DNA of 61,357 bases, filler included, from 4 parts of 4 records of this genome joined end to end with filler, not necessarily neighbours in it, one strand, 5' to 3'. Positions 11,279 to 25,969 are shown, counted from the first letter of the whole stretch. Made by a program: numbers and translations. The notes: generated by a model from the letters alone, not told the origin.

Positions 11279-11758
11279 ATGAAAAAAACTAACATCGATC
11301 ACTACACTGATAAAGAGGCTCTAGACTTTCATAAAAATAAAAAACCTGGGAAGATAGAGATTAATTCATCAAAAAGTATGACAACTAAGAGAGATCTTGC
11401 TTTAGCATACTCCCCAGGCGTAGCAGCTCCTGTTAGAATGATTAGCGAAAATCCTGAAGCTGCATATGATTATACAAGTAAAGGAAATTTAGTGGCTGTT
11501 ATTAGTAATGGTTCGGCAATTTTAGGAATGGGAAATTTAGGAGCACTTGCATCTAAACCAGTTATGGAAGGTAAAGCGGTACTTTTTAAAAGATTTGCAG
11601 ACATTGACTCAATTGATCTTGAAATTGATTGTTCTGATGCAGATGAAATTGTTAATTCAATAAAAAATTTTGCTCCAAGTTTTGGTGGAATAAACTTAGA
11701 GGACATTGCTGCACCTGATTGTTTTATAATTGAACAAAAATTAAAAGAAATTTTAGAT
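11279..11758 (+). CDS. maeB: NADP-dependent malic enzyme, N-terminal part (cut by contig end)
   Basis: DLALAYSPGVA, ASKPVMEGKAVLFKRFA, GGINLEDI. Confidence 0.92.
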
Positions 11759-11858
11759 NNNNNNNNNNNNNNNNNNNNNNNNNNNNNNNNNNNNNNNNNN
11801 NNTTAATTAATTAANNNNNNNNNNNNNNNNNNNNNNNNNNNNNNNNNNNNNNNNNNNN
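11759..11858. other. Artificial contig spacer (44 N + TTAATTAATTAA + 44 N)
   Basis: Identical 100-nt structure occurs three times; the 12-mer gives stops in all six frames; flanking genes are cut or unrelated. Confidence 0.99.
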
Positions 11859-11901
11859 GTTAATATGTCTAATATAATGCATTTACTTTTCATGAAAAGC
11901 T

Positions 11902-14742
11902 ATGTTTGAATTAAAAGAATCCAAAGAAATTGAATTACTAAATGTAAATGCGCAGATTTATCAGCATTCTAAATTTAATACACAACATATTCATTTAGAT
12001 TCGCCTAATGATGAGAAAGTATTTATGGTTGCATTTCGCACCATCCCAGAAGATTCAACTGGTGTGGCCCATATTTTGGAACATACTTCCTTGTGCGGTT
12101 CTGAAAAATATCCTGTCCGCGATCCTTTCTTTATGATGATCAGAAGATCATTAAATTCATTTATGAATGCCTTTACCTCAAGTGATTGGACGGCTTATCC
12201 ATTTGCAACTCAAAATAATAAAGATTTTCAGAATTTACTAGATGTTTATGTGGATTCAGCTTTTTTTCCTAAATTAGATCCATTGGATTTCTCTCAGGAA
12301 GGCCATAGGTTAGAGATTGACTCCAATCAAAATCTTGAGATAAAGGGTGTGGTTTTCAATGAAATGAAAGGTGCTATGAGCTCGCCAACAGATCAATTAT
12401 GGCACGGGATGTCAAAACACCTTTTTGAAGAAACTACCTATCATCACAATAGTGGTGGAGATCCAGAAAAGATTATTGATTTAACGCATGAGGATTTAGT
12501 TGCTTTTCATCAAAAACACTACCATCCAAGTAATGCAACTTTTTTTACATTTGGTAATGTGGTGATTGATGAAATTCATGATCATTTAGAACGGAATGTA
12601 TTTGATAAATTCACTCCAGCTTCGCAAAAGCTAGTCATTCAACCCGCTAAAATATTTACAGCTCCAGTGAGTGCTCAAGGCCTCTACCAACCCCTGCCCG
12701 GAGATGAAGACAATCATCATGTGGTTATAAGCTGGCTGATTGGAAATAGCCACGACCCCCTAAACTTATTAGAGAAGTATTTTTTGTCAAATATTTTGCT
12801 TGATAATTCATCCTCCCCTTTAAGAAAGGCTTTAGAGCAAAGTGATCTTGGGAAATCCCCTTCCCCATTTCTTGGCATTGAGCCGAGCAATAAAGAAATT
12901 GTCTTTATGGCAGGTTTAGAAGGCGTTGCTGCTGATCAAGCAAAAAATATTGAAGAACTAATTCTTACAACACTACAGGATTTAGTCAAAAATGGTGTTC
13001 CCAAGGAATTAATTTCTTCTGCACTGCATCAGCTTGAAATTGGCCAAAGAGAGATATCTGGAGGCGGAATGCCCTATGGATTGCAATTAATGCTTGGATG
13101 CATGAATGCGTGTATTCATTATGATAATCCTATATCGATGCTAGATGTAGATGAAAACTTTACCAAGCTCAAAGAAAAAATTAGCAAAGAAGGTTACATA
13201 GAAAGTCTAATTGAATCTACTTTGCTTTCAAACTCTCATCGATTAACTTACGAGCTGAAGCCTGATTCTAGCTTTAATAACAATCTTGAAGAGTATTTCT
13301 CATCTAAACTTAAAGAAAAAGAAGATACTCTTTCAGATCTAGACAAGAATAAGATTATTAAGCTTGCTGATGATCTAAAAATAAGACAAGAAGCAGAGGA
13401 TGATGCCAGCCTTCTTCCAAAGGTGACTATAGAAGACATTCCTCTCAAAAGAGAGTATTCCGAGTCAAATGAAGTAGTTGGCAATAGATCAATTTATGAA
13501 GTTGGGACCAATGGGCTGGTTTATTCAGATTTTCTGTTTCCATGCAGCAGCTTAACTAATGAAGAATTATTATTTTCATCTTTATATACATTTATTATTA
13601 CTGAAGTTGGTATCCAAGATAAATCATATGAAGAAATTCAAGCTCACCAATCAAAAATCAGTGGCGGTATAAGCGCAGCAATAAAACTTCAAACCAAAGA
13701 ATCTTCAGAGCCAGGAACATTATTTTTGAGCATTGCCTCAAAATGTCTCGAAGAAAATTTTAATGCCATGGAAGAGTTGATATTCAATACCATAAAATCT
13801 GTGAGATTCGATGAAGAGAAGAGAGTATTAGATTTATTGAATATCTTTGTTGCTAGAAATGATGAATCATTGAATCAAAATGGTCATTACCTGGCAATGA
13901 ATTCAGCGGCTAGCTCATTAAATACTTTAGCAACTACTTCTTTTCATCTATCTGGCTTGCAGATGATTCACCGCACCAAAGAATTAATTTCAAAGATTCA
14001 GCTAGACGGAGATGCCAGCTATATTATTAATATTCTTCAAAATATTCATAGCAAAGTCTCTATTCAACCACATAAAATTTTTACTGCTTGCTCAAAAGAT
14101 GCCTTAAAAAATAAATTAGAAGAGTTTGAAGCATCTCAAGCTAATCAAGAACAGCAGTTGATTGATGCGACTAAGTCTCAAATAGCCTGGATCACAGGCT
14201 CTCAAGTCTGCTACTGCGCTCAAGCTTTTGCGGGGGTGGCAAGAGAGCACCCTGATTCTGCAGCTTTGTCTGTCCTGGCAACTGTTTTAAGAAATGGATT
14301 CCTTCATACTGCAATTAGAGAAAAAGGTGGTGCCTATGGTGCTGGTGCATCAAATGACACTGCTACCAATACATTTAAATTATTTTCATATCGAGATCCT
14401 AAATGCAAAGAAACCTTTCAGGCCTTTGAAGATGCAATTTCATGGGCTAAAACCTCAATTAATGAGCAGCATTTGGAAGAAGCTATTTTGGGTGTTGTCT
14501 CTTCGATAGATAAACCGCTGTCTCCAGTTGGTGAAGCAAAAAATGATTTTAACTTCAATCTAGAGGACATCAACATAGACGATCGCCTAGCATTTAGACA
14601 AAGAATTATTAATTGCTCAATAGAGGATCTAGTCAGGGTAAATGAGAAATATCTTACCAAAGAATCTAAAAAATCAATTTTGGCCGGTGAAAGTTTTAAA
14701 GATCAGGCCGAGGAATTAAAGCTAGAGATATTAGAGGTTTAG
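11902..14742 (+). CDS. M16C (presequence protease/insulinase-type) zinc metallopeptidase
   Basis: Inverted zincin HILEH, GSEKYPVRDPFF, MNAFT, IREKGGAYG, SYRDP. Confidence 0.93.
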   Translation: MFELKESKEIELLNVNAQIYQHSKFNTQHIHLDSPNDEKVFMVAFRTIPEDSTGVAHILEHTSLCGSEKYPVRDPFFMMIRRSLNSFMNAFTSSDWTAYPFATQNNKDFQNLLDVYVDSAFFPKLDPLDFSQEGHRLEIDSNQNLEIKGVVFNEMKGAMSSPTDQLWHGMSKHLFEETTYHHNSGGDPEKIIDLTHEDLVAFHQKHYHPSNATFFTFGNVVIDEIHDHLERNVFDKFTPASQKLVIQPAKIFTAPVSAQGLYQPLPGDEDNHHVVISWLIGNSHDPLNLLEKYFLSNILLDNSSSPLRKALEQSDLGKSPSPFLGIEPSNKEIVFMAGLEGVAADQAKNIEELILTTLQDLVKNGVPKELISSALHQLEIGQREISGGGMPYGLQLMLGCMNACIHYDNPISMLDVDENFTKLKEKISKEGYIESLIESTLLSNSHRLTYELKPDSSFNNNLEEYFSSKLKEKEDTLSDLDKNKIIKLADDLKIRQEAEDDASLLPKVTIEDIPLKREYSESNEVVGNRSIYEVGTNGLVYSDFLFPCSSLTNEELLFSSLYTFIITEVGIQDKSYEEIQAHQSKISGGISAAIKLQTKESSEPGTLFLSIASKCLEENFNAMEELIFNTIKSVRFDEEKRVLDLLNIFVARNDESLNQNGHYLAMNSAASSLNTLATTSFHLSGLQMIHRTKELISKIQLDGDASYIINILQNIHSKVSIQPHKIFTACSKDALKNKLEEFEASQANQEQQLIDATKSQIAWITGSQVCYCAQAFAGVAREHPDSAALSVLATVLRNGFLHTAIREKGGAYGAGASNDTATNTFKLFSYRDPKCKETFQAFEDAISWAKTSINEQHLEEAILGVVSSIDKPLSPVGEAKNDFNFNLEDINIDDRLAFRQRIINCSIEDLVRVNEKYLTKESKKSILAGESFKDQAEELKLEILEV

Positions 14743-14743
14743 C

Positions 14744-18092
<3,349 letters not shown>

Positions 18093-18096
<4 letters not shown>

Positions 18097-21080
18097 GAAG
18101 CGGCTAATTTGAGCGCTTCCTTAACATCAACGGACACAACCCTTGAAACGCCTGCTTCCTGCATAGTGACACCCATTAAGTGATCACTTTTTTCCATCGA
18201 AATCTTGTTATGAGTAATAAAAATAAATTGGACTCTATCCGACATTTCCTCAACCATGGCAACAAATCTAGTAGCATTCAAATCATCTAATGGAGCATCG
18301 ACCTCATCTAGCAAGCAAAAAGGTGCTGGGTTTAATTCAAACAAGGCAAATACTAATGATAATGCTGTCATTGCTTTTTCTCCTCCAGAGAGCTGAGAAA
18401 TTGTTGCATTCTTTTTCCCAGGTGGCTGAGCTGTCAATGTAATTCCGGAATTAAGTGAGTCTCCTTCTAGTAATTCCAAGGCAGCTCTACCACCACCAAA
18501 TAATTTAGGGAAGATCTCTTGAATTTTAGAATTTACCGCATGAAAACTTTCATCAAACTTTAATTTAGATTCTGCGTCTATTTTCTTGATAGCACCCTGC
18601 AGTTTTTCAAGCGCCTCATTTAAATCTTCAAGCTGAGCATCTAGCTCCTCCATGCGCTGAGACTCCTCTGCAATTTCATCAGGCGCAGCTAAATTAATAG
18701 CGCCAAGTGAAATAATTTTAGCTTGAACCCCTGCAAGGGACTGCTCTAGATTGGAAATATCCATATCCTTAAACTCTTCAGGGTTGATATCTCCTATGGC
18801 AAGGCCTGCTCTTGTAAGTGCTTGCGAAGCATTATCAAGGTTAACCTCAAAGGTTCTGAAGTCTAACTTTAAATTATTTGACTGTTCCTCAAGAGCCCTA
18901 AGGTCTAATGAAGCTATAGACTTCTTGTTCTCGTTATCTCGAATAGACTCATCCACCTTAGATTGCTTTTGTCGAATTGTATTTAATTCACCCTCAGCAG
19001 AGGCACTTTTTTGAATTAAGATAGCTAGCTCTTGGTTAGCTTCATTTTTTTTCAGTTCAGTTTGTTGAAGTAACTCTGTGAGGTTATTCTGCCTAGAAAG
19101 ATACTCATCTGGTGCTGCCAAGTTAATGGATGAAAGAGCTGAAATGCTGCTTTGAATTACTGCAAGAGAATTCTCTAGGTTCGCTAGATCAAGTGAAGCA
19201 AAGTCCGATGGATTGATTTCTGAAATTTTAACCTCAGCTTTTTCTAAAATAATGGATGCATTTTCTAGATTAACCTCAAAGGTTCTAAGATCTAATTTTA
19301 AATTATTTTTTTGGGATTCCAGAGATCTCAACTCAATTGATGAGCCTGATTTCAACTCCTCAGATTTTCTGATCAACTCATTAACTTCCGATTTCTTGCT
19401 TTTATAACTATCGAGACTCCCTTCTGATTCCACCTTCTTGGCTGAAAATAATACTAACTCTTTTTCAATCTGAGATTTCTTTTCTGCTGTTTGAAGAAGT
19501 GTTTCCTCGAGTCTATTTTGTCGCTGCAAATATTCATCAGTCATACTTTTCGATTGATCAGAGGCAATCTTTAGGATGCTGGTGAGGGCTGCTTTTAACT
19601 CTAAAGCTTTAGATTTAATAGAATCGCCATTTGAGCCAAGATTACCAAGTGATTCTAAAATATTATCAAGCAAGTTCATTGCTTTTTCTTTAGGGCTTAA
19701 ATTTTCTTGATTTGACTCTTTTTCAAGCGCAGCTTGATAACTTGCTTTTGCTCTCTCTAAATCGCTTAGTGACTGAGCTTCTAATTTCTCTAAATTTTGA
19801 AGATTAGCTTCTTGCCTGGCAATATCAGTGCTGATTGAAGAAAAAGTACTCTGGGCTTCATCAAAACTTGCAGAAAGCGAAGCATGATCATTTTTAATTT
19901 TCTCAATGGTTCCTTGATGTTTTTGAACCTCGTCTGATTTAAGTAGAATACTTGATTCAAGATCATTAATTTGAATTTCTAGTTTCTGCTTTTGCTCATT
20001 AGCTTGTAGGGCCTTGAGGATAGCAATATTCAGTTTAAGTTCATTTTCTTTTGGATTTAATGTGTCGAATGACGACTCTTTCTCAATAGCCCTAGAATAA
20101 CTTTCCTTAGCGGTTGCCAGGTCAGCTTTTGTTTGTGACTCTGTCTTGCTTAAATTTTGAATATTAGCTTCATATCTAGCTATGTCTGCTCCAATCGAAT
20201 AAAAGTTTTTTTGCGCTATCTCAAAGGCCGATAAAACTGATGAGTGCTCGGTTCGAATTTGATCAATCGTTGATTGTTGAGTCTCAACCTCAGCTGACTT
20301 TACAGTAATTTGATTTGCCAAAGAGGATATCTGTGATGACAGCTTATCTTTTTGTGCCTTAGCGCTAAGACTATTTAAGATAGATATATTTAACTTTAAA
20401 TCCTTCTCTTCAATCTGAAATTTCTTATATTTTTCAGCAGCATTGGCCTGATTTTGCAGTCTATTTATCAATCGTTTAATTTCATCTCTGATGTCCAAGA
20501 CTCTTGATAGATTTTCTTTTGTTTTCTTGATTCGCTGTTCTGTTTCTTTTCTTCGTTCCTTGTATTTTGAAATGCCAGCAGCCTCCTCTATAAAGGTTCT
20601 CATCTCCTCAGGTTTGGCGCTAACAATTTTGGATACCATCCCTTGCTCAATAATTGCATAACTCCTTGGCCCGAGGCCTGTTCCTAAAAAAATGTCTTGA
20701 ACATCTTTGCGTCTGCATGAGGTATTGTTAATAGAGTAGTTAGATTGTCCATCTCTGGTCATCAATCTCTTGATGGAAATTTCATTATATTTTGCGTATT
20801 CCCCACCCAATTTTCCCATTGAGTTATCAAATAATAATTCGATGCTGCATTGACCTGAGGGTTTTCTTAAATCTGAACCATTGAAGATGACATCTGACAT
20901 AGAGTCACCTCTTAAATTTTTAGCTGAAAGTTCGCCTAAAACCCATCTCACAGCATCAATGACATTTGATTTGCCGCATCCATTGGGACCAACTACGGCG
21001 ACCATATTTGTGGGGAAAGATATCCTCGTGGGGTCCACGAAACTTTTGAATCCAGCCAGTTTAATGTGTTTGAGCTGCAT
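18093..21080 (-). CDS. smc: Chromosome segregation ATPase SMC, atypical (no recognisable hinge, duplicated arm segments)
   Basis: GFKSF, Walker A GPNGCGKSN, Q-loop IIEQG, signature LSGGEK, Walker B LLDEVDAPLD, ITHN; smc-zipA-ligA order. Confidence 0.95.
18681..19538 (-). repeat. Tandem 429-nt (143-aa) repeat in the SMC C-terminal arm (aa 515-657 and 658-800)
   Basis: DEYLxRQNxL, NNLKLDxRTFEVNLxNAS and INLAAPDE recur 143 aa apart; TTAACCTCAAAGGTTCT at 18841 and 19270; 74/143 identities by hand. Confidence 0.95.
19686..20405 (-). repeat. Tandem 360-nt (120-aa) repeat in the SMC N-terminal arm (aa 226-345 and 346-465)
   Basis: LKLNIxIL, DIARxEANxQNL and EKES...LxPKE recur 120 aa apart without gaps; 61/120 identities by hand. 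Confidence 0.95.
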
Positions 21081-21106
21081 TAAATTTATCCTTTACCCAT
21101 TTTAAA

Positions 21107-21895
21107 CTATTGTTCCTTTTTTAACCATTCGTTAGCATAAATAAATACTTGTTCTTCGTTATTTTCAGAGTACTTCAAATCAAGCGTCTTAAATATATGA
21201 AACGTATTTTTTGAACAAAAAACCACTAGTTCTAGTTGAATAATCTCCTGATATAAAAAAGCTGAGGGAAGATCGAAACCTTTGACCTGTGCATCAGATT
21301 TATCAAGCAAAAAGGTCTGGAAAAAATCTGGTGATAAAAAATCTTTTGCCGCGATATTAACATCTGGACCGTTTGGAATATTAACAACAGCGGTAAGTTT
21401 TGTAGCGTTACAACTAGCTGGCTCAGCAGCAACCAATAAAAGTTTTGCATCTCCAATTAATGGATATTTTGCATCTCTGAGATCTGAAAGTAAGCTGTAT
21501 ATAGAGACTTTAAAGCTTTGATCTTGAAAGCTCGTATTTAAGATTCCTATAATGCTTTCAGAAGAATTAAAAGATTTCATATCCAAGGACTTATAAAAAA
21601 TCTCAACCCCTAGTAAAAAAGAATCTTCTGTTGAATTCATTGCCGAAATAAATTCATTTAGAGCTAAATCTGAAACCTCGAGATCATCTTGAAGCATCTT
21701 ATATATCTGATCAGATTGATGTGCATTTGCCCATTGACCGAACAAAGGTTTTAAAGAAGTGTGATTTAAAGAAAATGCTCCTAACAATAGAATTGTTAAA
21801 AGAAAAATAAGGGGCTTCTGAGGCGAAACTGGGCTCAGCAAATAGCTAATAATAGGCAGTGAGCATAAAAATAAGACCGCAAGAAGTATCAACAT
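21107..21895 (-). CDS. Membrane protein at the ccmI position, possibly a divergent CcmI (start reassigned to ATG 21895)
   Basis: Two N-terminal TM segments; TAATG stop/start overlap with ccmH; no clear TPR motif visible. Confidence 0.5.
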   Translation of the reverse strand: MLILLAVLFLCSLPIISYLLSPVSPQKPLIFLLTILLLGAFSLNHTSLKPLFGQWANAHQSDQIYKMLQDDLEVSDLALNEFISAMNSTEDSFLLGVEIFYKSLDMKSFNSSESIIGILNTSFQDQSFKVSIYSLLSDLRDAKYPLIGDAKLLLVAAEPASCNATKLTAVVNIPNGPDVNIAAKDFLSPDFFQTFLLDKSDAQVKGFDLPSAFLYQEIIQLELVVFCSKNTFHIFKTLDLKYSENNEEQVFIYANEWLKKEQ

Positions 21896-22275
21896 TAAAG
21901 CCTTCTGTTTGATAGAAAAACTAGAATTAAAATTCCTAAAAAAATAAATGGTCCAAGCCATAATAAATAATTGGCACCTTCAAATGCTGGCTTATAGTCA
22001 GAAGAGGCTCCAAACCTATCGGTGACATAAGCTTTAATTTCTTTATCTGTAGATCCGGCAAGAATTAATTCATATACCTTTTGCTTTAAATCTCTAGATA
22101 CTGGCACATCAGAGCTAGCAATGCTCCCACTGGTGCATTTAGGGCATCTTATTTCAGATATCAAAGAATAAAACCTTTTCTCTTCTGTAGAGTTATCAAA
22201 TTCATAGATCGCATCGGCTGTAAGACAGTTAGCGAAAAAAATACAGCCAAAAAGAGCTATGGTAAGTAATTTCAT
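21895..22275 (-). CDS. ccmH: Cytochrome c biogenesis protein CcmH
   Basis: Signal peptide, IRCPKC, C-terminal LLWLGP TM segment. Confidence 0.93.
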   Translation of the reverse strand: MKLLTIALFGCIFFANCLTADAIYEFDNSTEEKRFYSLISEIRCPKCTSGSIASSDVPVSRDLKQKVYELILAGSTDKEIKAYVTDRFGASSDYKPAFEGANYLLWLGPFIFLGILILVFLSNRRL

Positions 22276-22796
22276 TGATTACCCATAGTGGCTGCGTTAA
22301 TCAAGGGAACAAGAGTGGATTGCCATTTTTCTTGATTAAGCTCTCCTTGAATATGGCCAATAATTTGCTGGTTGAATATTAAAAAAGTTTCCGGAGCTCC
22401 GGTGACTCCTAGGTCAAATGCAAGATCGCCTCTTGGATCATAAATTGAAAATATATATGGGTCTCCCCTCTTCCCAAGCCACTGCTTAGCTTTCACCTGA
22501 GAATCTTTATAATTTAAGCCTATGAGTGTAATTTCATTTTTCGATAGCTGGGTTAAAAAGGGATGTTCGACCAGACATGTAATGCACCAACTAGCCCAAA
22601 CATTCAGTAAACTAATTCCATTAAATGCAGCCAAATCAATCTCGCGATCTTCTAGGTCCTGAAGGTCAAATTGAGGAAATTCTTTTGGCTCGAAATATAC
22701 CAAAGCATCATCCTGATCAGTAATTAAAATCGCACCGTAAGTGATCAAAACTATTAATGGCAATAAAATAATTAAGGACCTATAGATTGCGTTCAT
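22272..22796 (-). CDS. ccmG: Thiol:disulfide interchange protein CcmG/DsbE
   Basis: LNVWASWCITC, NYKD, LGVTGAPETF. Confidence 0.94.
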   Translation of the reverse strand: MNAIYRSLIILLPLIVLITYGAILITDQDDALVYFEPKEFPQFDLQDLEDREIDLAAFNGISLLNVWASWCITCLVEHPFLTQLSKNEITLIGLNYKDSQVKAKQWLGKRGDPYIFSIYDPRGDLAFDLGVTGAPETFLIFNQQIIGHIQGELNQEKWQSTLVPLINAATMGNQ

Positions 22797-24017
22797 GAAA
22801 TTTTCTTTTTAAATATTGTCATTAGAATTCCAATTACCATTAAAGCAGAAGAGAGCCAAATCCACTTTATAAAATAATTAATCTGCAAGCTAAAGGTCCA
22901 GCTGCCATCGTCTAACTGATCACCTATTGTCAGGTAAGTGTCTTTTAAAATTGAAGCGTGGATAGCTGTCTCTGATGTAATCTGCCCTCTTGCAAAATAC
23001 TTTCTTTTTTCAGGATTGAGAAAAATAGGCTGTCCATCATGAACAATGAATATTTCTGCTGAAACAACATCATGATTTGAAGCCTTAATGTTTTGTAGAT
23101 CTAAAAATTTAAATTCTGAGATTGAATTATTAATAAACTGTTGCTCACCAAGAAACAAATTTATATTTTTTTGATAACTTAAAATGCTGTTCATTGACAC
23201 AGCAAAGAATAGAAGACCCAGGCCTAGATGAGCAATAAAGCTGCCTTTGTTAATATATGTCTTATTTTTTAAGGATATGGCACCTTTTAAAAGGTAGCTA
23301 ATTATTATCAATAAGCCAGAGTAAATACCTATGAAGGCAAGTAATGAGAAAATTTGTACGAAATACCAAATGAAATATAAAATTAGGCTTGATATAACAA
23401 AGGTAGGTGTTACTGCGACCAATAATGTTCGGGCTTGCATGCCCCTCTGCCATAATGCTTCTAATGAAATCATGATAAAAATAGATGTCAGAAGAATTAA
23501 TGGCGCAAAAATAGTATTGTAATAAGGAGGGCCTATGCTCACCTTATCGCCATTAATAAATTCAAGAATTAAAGGGTATGTAACACCTAAAAAGATCGAA
23601 AAAATAGCGGTTAACATCAAGATATTATTCATAGATAAAAACGACTCTTTAGAGCCAGTCACTATTAGTTTTGATGACTGCATATTTGGAAGCCTATATG
23701 CAAATATTCCGAGGGAGATAAGAGTTATAAAGCCAGAAAAACCTAATAGATATAAACCTCGCTGCGGATCATTTGCAAATGAGTGGACGCTATCAATAAT
23801 TCCTGAGCGCACTATAAACGCGCCGAATAGACTTAAGGCAAATATTAAAATACCTAAAAATAAAGTCCATGTTTTTAAAATATTAGATTTTGAGGAAGCA
23901 AAGAGTGAATGCATAAACGCTGTTGCTGCAAGCCATGGCATCAGAGCAACATTCTCGACTGGATCCCAAAACCAATATCCTCCCCAGCCAAGCTCATAAT
24001 AAGCCCACCAACTTCCA
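22793..24017 (-). CDS. ccmF: Heme lyase CcmF, 5' end cut by contig edge
   Basis: Frame stays open to the spacer: GSWWAYYELGWGGYWFWDPVENVALMPWL; also SVHSFA. Confidence 0.96.
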
Positions 24018-24117
24018 NNNNNNNNNNNNNNNNNNNNNNNNNNNNNNNNNNNNNNNNNNNNTTAATTAATTAANNNNNNNNNNNNNNNNNNNNNNNNNNN
24101 NNNNNNNNNNNNNNNNN
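24018..24117. other. Artificial contig spacer
   Basis: 44 N + TTAATTAATTAA + 44 N. Confidence 0.99.
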
Positions 24118-24152
24118 CCGTATTCTTTAATTATATTTTCTTTAGTATTCAT
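24118..24152 (-). CDS. rpsO: Probable 5' fragment of ribosomal protein S15
   Basis: MNTKENIIKEY(G) matches the S15 N-terminal pattern; truB-ribF-rpsO order. Only about 11 codons are visible. Confidence 0.7.
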
Positions 24153-24191
24153 TCGAGATAATAATAGTACCCACTTAATCTAATGTTGTAA

Positions 24192-25091
24192 TTAAAAGTT
24201 ATTCTTTATTTTTTCAATATCTTCATATATTTGGGCTTTTAAGGCGTCCAATGATTCAAATTTGTGTTCATCCCTTATAAAATCAATCAATTCAAAGGAG
24301 AGCTCTTGATCGTAAATATTATCATTGAAATCCAAAATATGAATTTCTGTTTTTATCGCGATATCGTCATCAATAGTGGGATTATTTCCTATATTTAAAC
24401 AACCAAGATAAGTCTTATTGTCAAGATAAACATTTACGGCATAAACACCGAATCTAGGCATCTGTACATTTTCTTTTATAGCGATATTAGCAGTAGGTAC
24501 ACCTATTGAAGTTCCTAGTTGTTTTCCTTTTGAAACAATGCCTTTATAAGAAATCTTACGACCTAAAAGTTTTTCAGCTTGTTTAATGTCACCCTGTGCA
24601 TAAGATAAGCGAATTTTGGTTGTTGAGACCTTTTCAGCATCAATTAAAAAATCATCAAGAAGTATCACATTATCTACACCAAAATATCCAATTAAAGTGT
24701 TAACATCTCCAACTCTTTGATTTCCAAATTTAAAATCTTTTCCTATGACTAATTTTTCTGTTTGGAGATTATTTTTTAGAAAATCACAAAAATCTGAAGC
24801 GTCCATAGTGTTAACTGATTTAAAATCTAAAAAAACAATATTCTTAGGATTTAACTGTTCAAACATTTTAGTTCTCTCTTCTTGATCTAAAAGTGGATCT
24901 AATGAGGAATTAAAAAAAACTTTTGGTATTTGATTGAAAGTAACAATTTGAAATTCACCAGCTGAAACTTTAAAAGCCTCTTCAAATAATGCCTTGTGTC
25001 CAAGATGTACACCATCAAAGGCTCCTATTGAAGTCACTAGAGAATGTGAGTCAACACTGTCCCCTGGTTTAAAATCTTTGTAGACATTCAT
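24192..25091 (-). CDS. ribF: Bifunctional riboflavin kinase / FAD synthetase
   Basis: IGAFDGVHLGH, GKDFKFG, GVPTAN, ETE-like TEIHILDF, FIRDE. Confidence 0.96.
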   Translation of the reverse strand: MNVYKDFKPGDSVDSHSLVTSIGAFDGVHLGHKALFEEAFKVSAGEFQIVTFNQIPKVFFNSSLDPLLDQEERTKMFEQLNPKNIVFLDFKSVNTMDASDFCDFLKNNLQTEKLVIGKDFKFGNQRVGDVNTLIGYFGVDNVILLDDFLIDAEKVSTTKIRLSYAQGDIKQAEKLLGRKISYKGIVSKGKQLGTSIGVPTANIAIKENVQMPRFGVYAVNVYLDNKTYLGCLNIGNNPTIDDDIAIKTEIHILDFNDNIYDQELSFELIDFIRDEHKFESLDALKAQIYEDIEKIKNNF

Positions 25092-25969
25092 AAAAGAACT
25101 TTCTCTGGCTTGTAAAAATTATCATTGAATGGTTTATAAAGTGCAGCAATTTGATTACTGTACTCCATTATTGTCATTTCACTACCATCAAATACTGCAC
25201 TGTTTAAAAGTTCACCATGCAATATTTTTTCACTCATTTCTTTATCTATTTTAACTATAGGAAAATCTAAGATTTTACTCCAATGTATAGGATCTGGTTG
25301 CTCTTCTTTCTTAAGTTCATTTACATCTTTGATGAATTTATTATCTTCTACACTAAGTTTTCCAATGTGTGTTCGTAAAATTTCTGTTACTACAGCAGTC
25401 GTATCAAGTTTTACAGCGAGATCTAAAATTAGAGATCTGATATAAGTACCTTTGCTAACTGTAATGATAAATTCAGCTACTGCCCCATCGATATTAAGTA
25501 GAGAGAAATCTGAAATATTAATCTCTCTTTCAGGGACTTCTACTTCTTTTCCCTGCCTTGCGTATTTATACAAACGCTTGCCATCAACTTTAACTGCTGA
25601 ATATAGTGGTGGCTTTTGCATTGATAGTCCCAGAAAACTTTTTAATAAAACTTGAATTTCATCATGTGAGTTAGCTAGATCAATTTCTTCATTCTTAATA
25701 ACTTCAGTGTCGGTATCAATAGAATCAGAGGAGTGGCCAAAAAGTGCTCTAACTTTATATGTTTTATCTGTTTCATTGGTGTAGTTGAATAGTTTCGTAT
25801 ATTTATCAGTGGCTATAAGCATCAATCCCTCAGCATTTGGATCTAACGTACCAGCATGACCAACTTTATTGAATTTATATAAATATTTAAATTTTGAACA
25901 TAAATCTTGAGAGGTCCAAGTCTTAGGTTTATTTATTAGATAAAAATTAGATCTGTTTTCTGATTTCAT
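25088..25969 (-). CDS. truB: tRNA pseudouridine(55) synthase
   Basis: KVGHAGTLDP, PPLYSAVKVDGKRLY, SKGTYIRSL. Confidence 0.97.
   Translation of the reverse strand: MKSENRSNFYLINKPKTWTSQDLCSKFKYLYKFNKVGHAGTLDPNAEGLMLIATDKYTKLFNYTNETDKTYKVRALFGHSSDSIDTDTEVIKNEEIDLANSHDEIQVLLKSFLGLSMQKPPLYSAVKVDGKRLYKYARQGKEVEVPEREINISDFSLLNIDGAVAEFIITVSKGTYIRSLILDLAVKLDTTAVVTEILRTHIGKLSVEDNKFIKDVNELKKEEQPDPIHWSKILDFPIVKIDKEMSEKILHGELLNSAVFDGSEMTIMEYSNQIAALYKPFNDNFYKPEKVLL

Noticed and set aside
11803-11814. TTAATTAATTAA palindrome repeated three times
   Set aside because: Always centred in 44+44 N; an assembly-joining linker, not biological
18681-20405. SMC repeats as an assembly artefact
   Set aside because: Copies are only about half identical in protein and stay in frame; artefactual duplications would be near-identical
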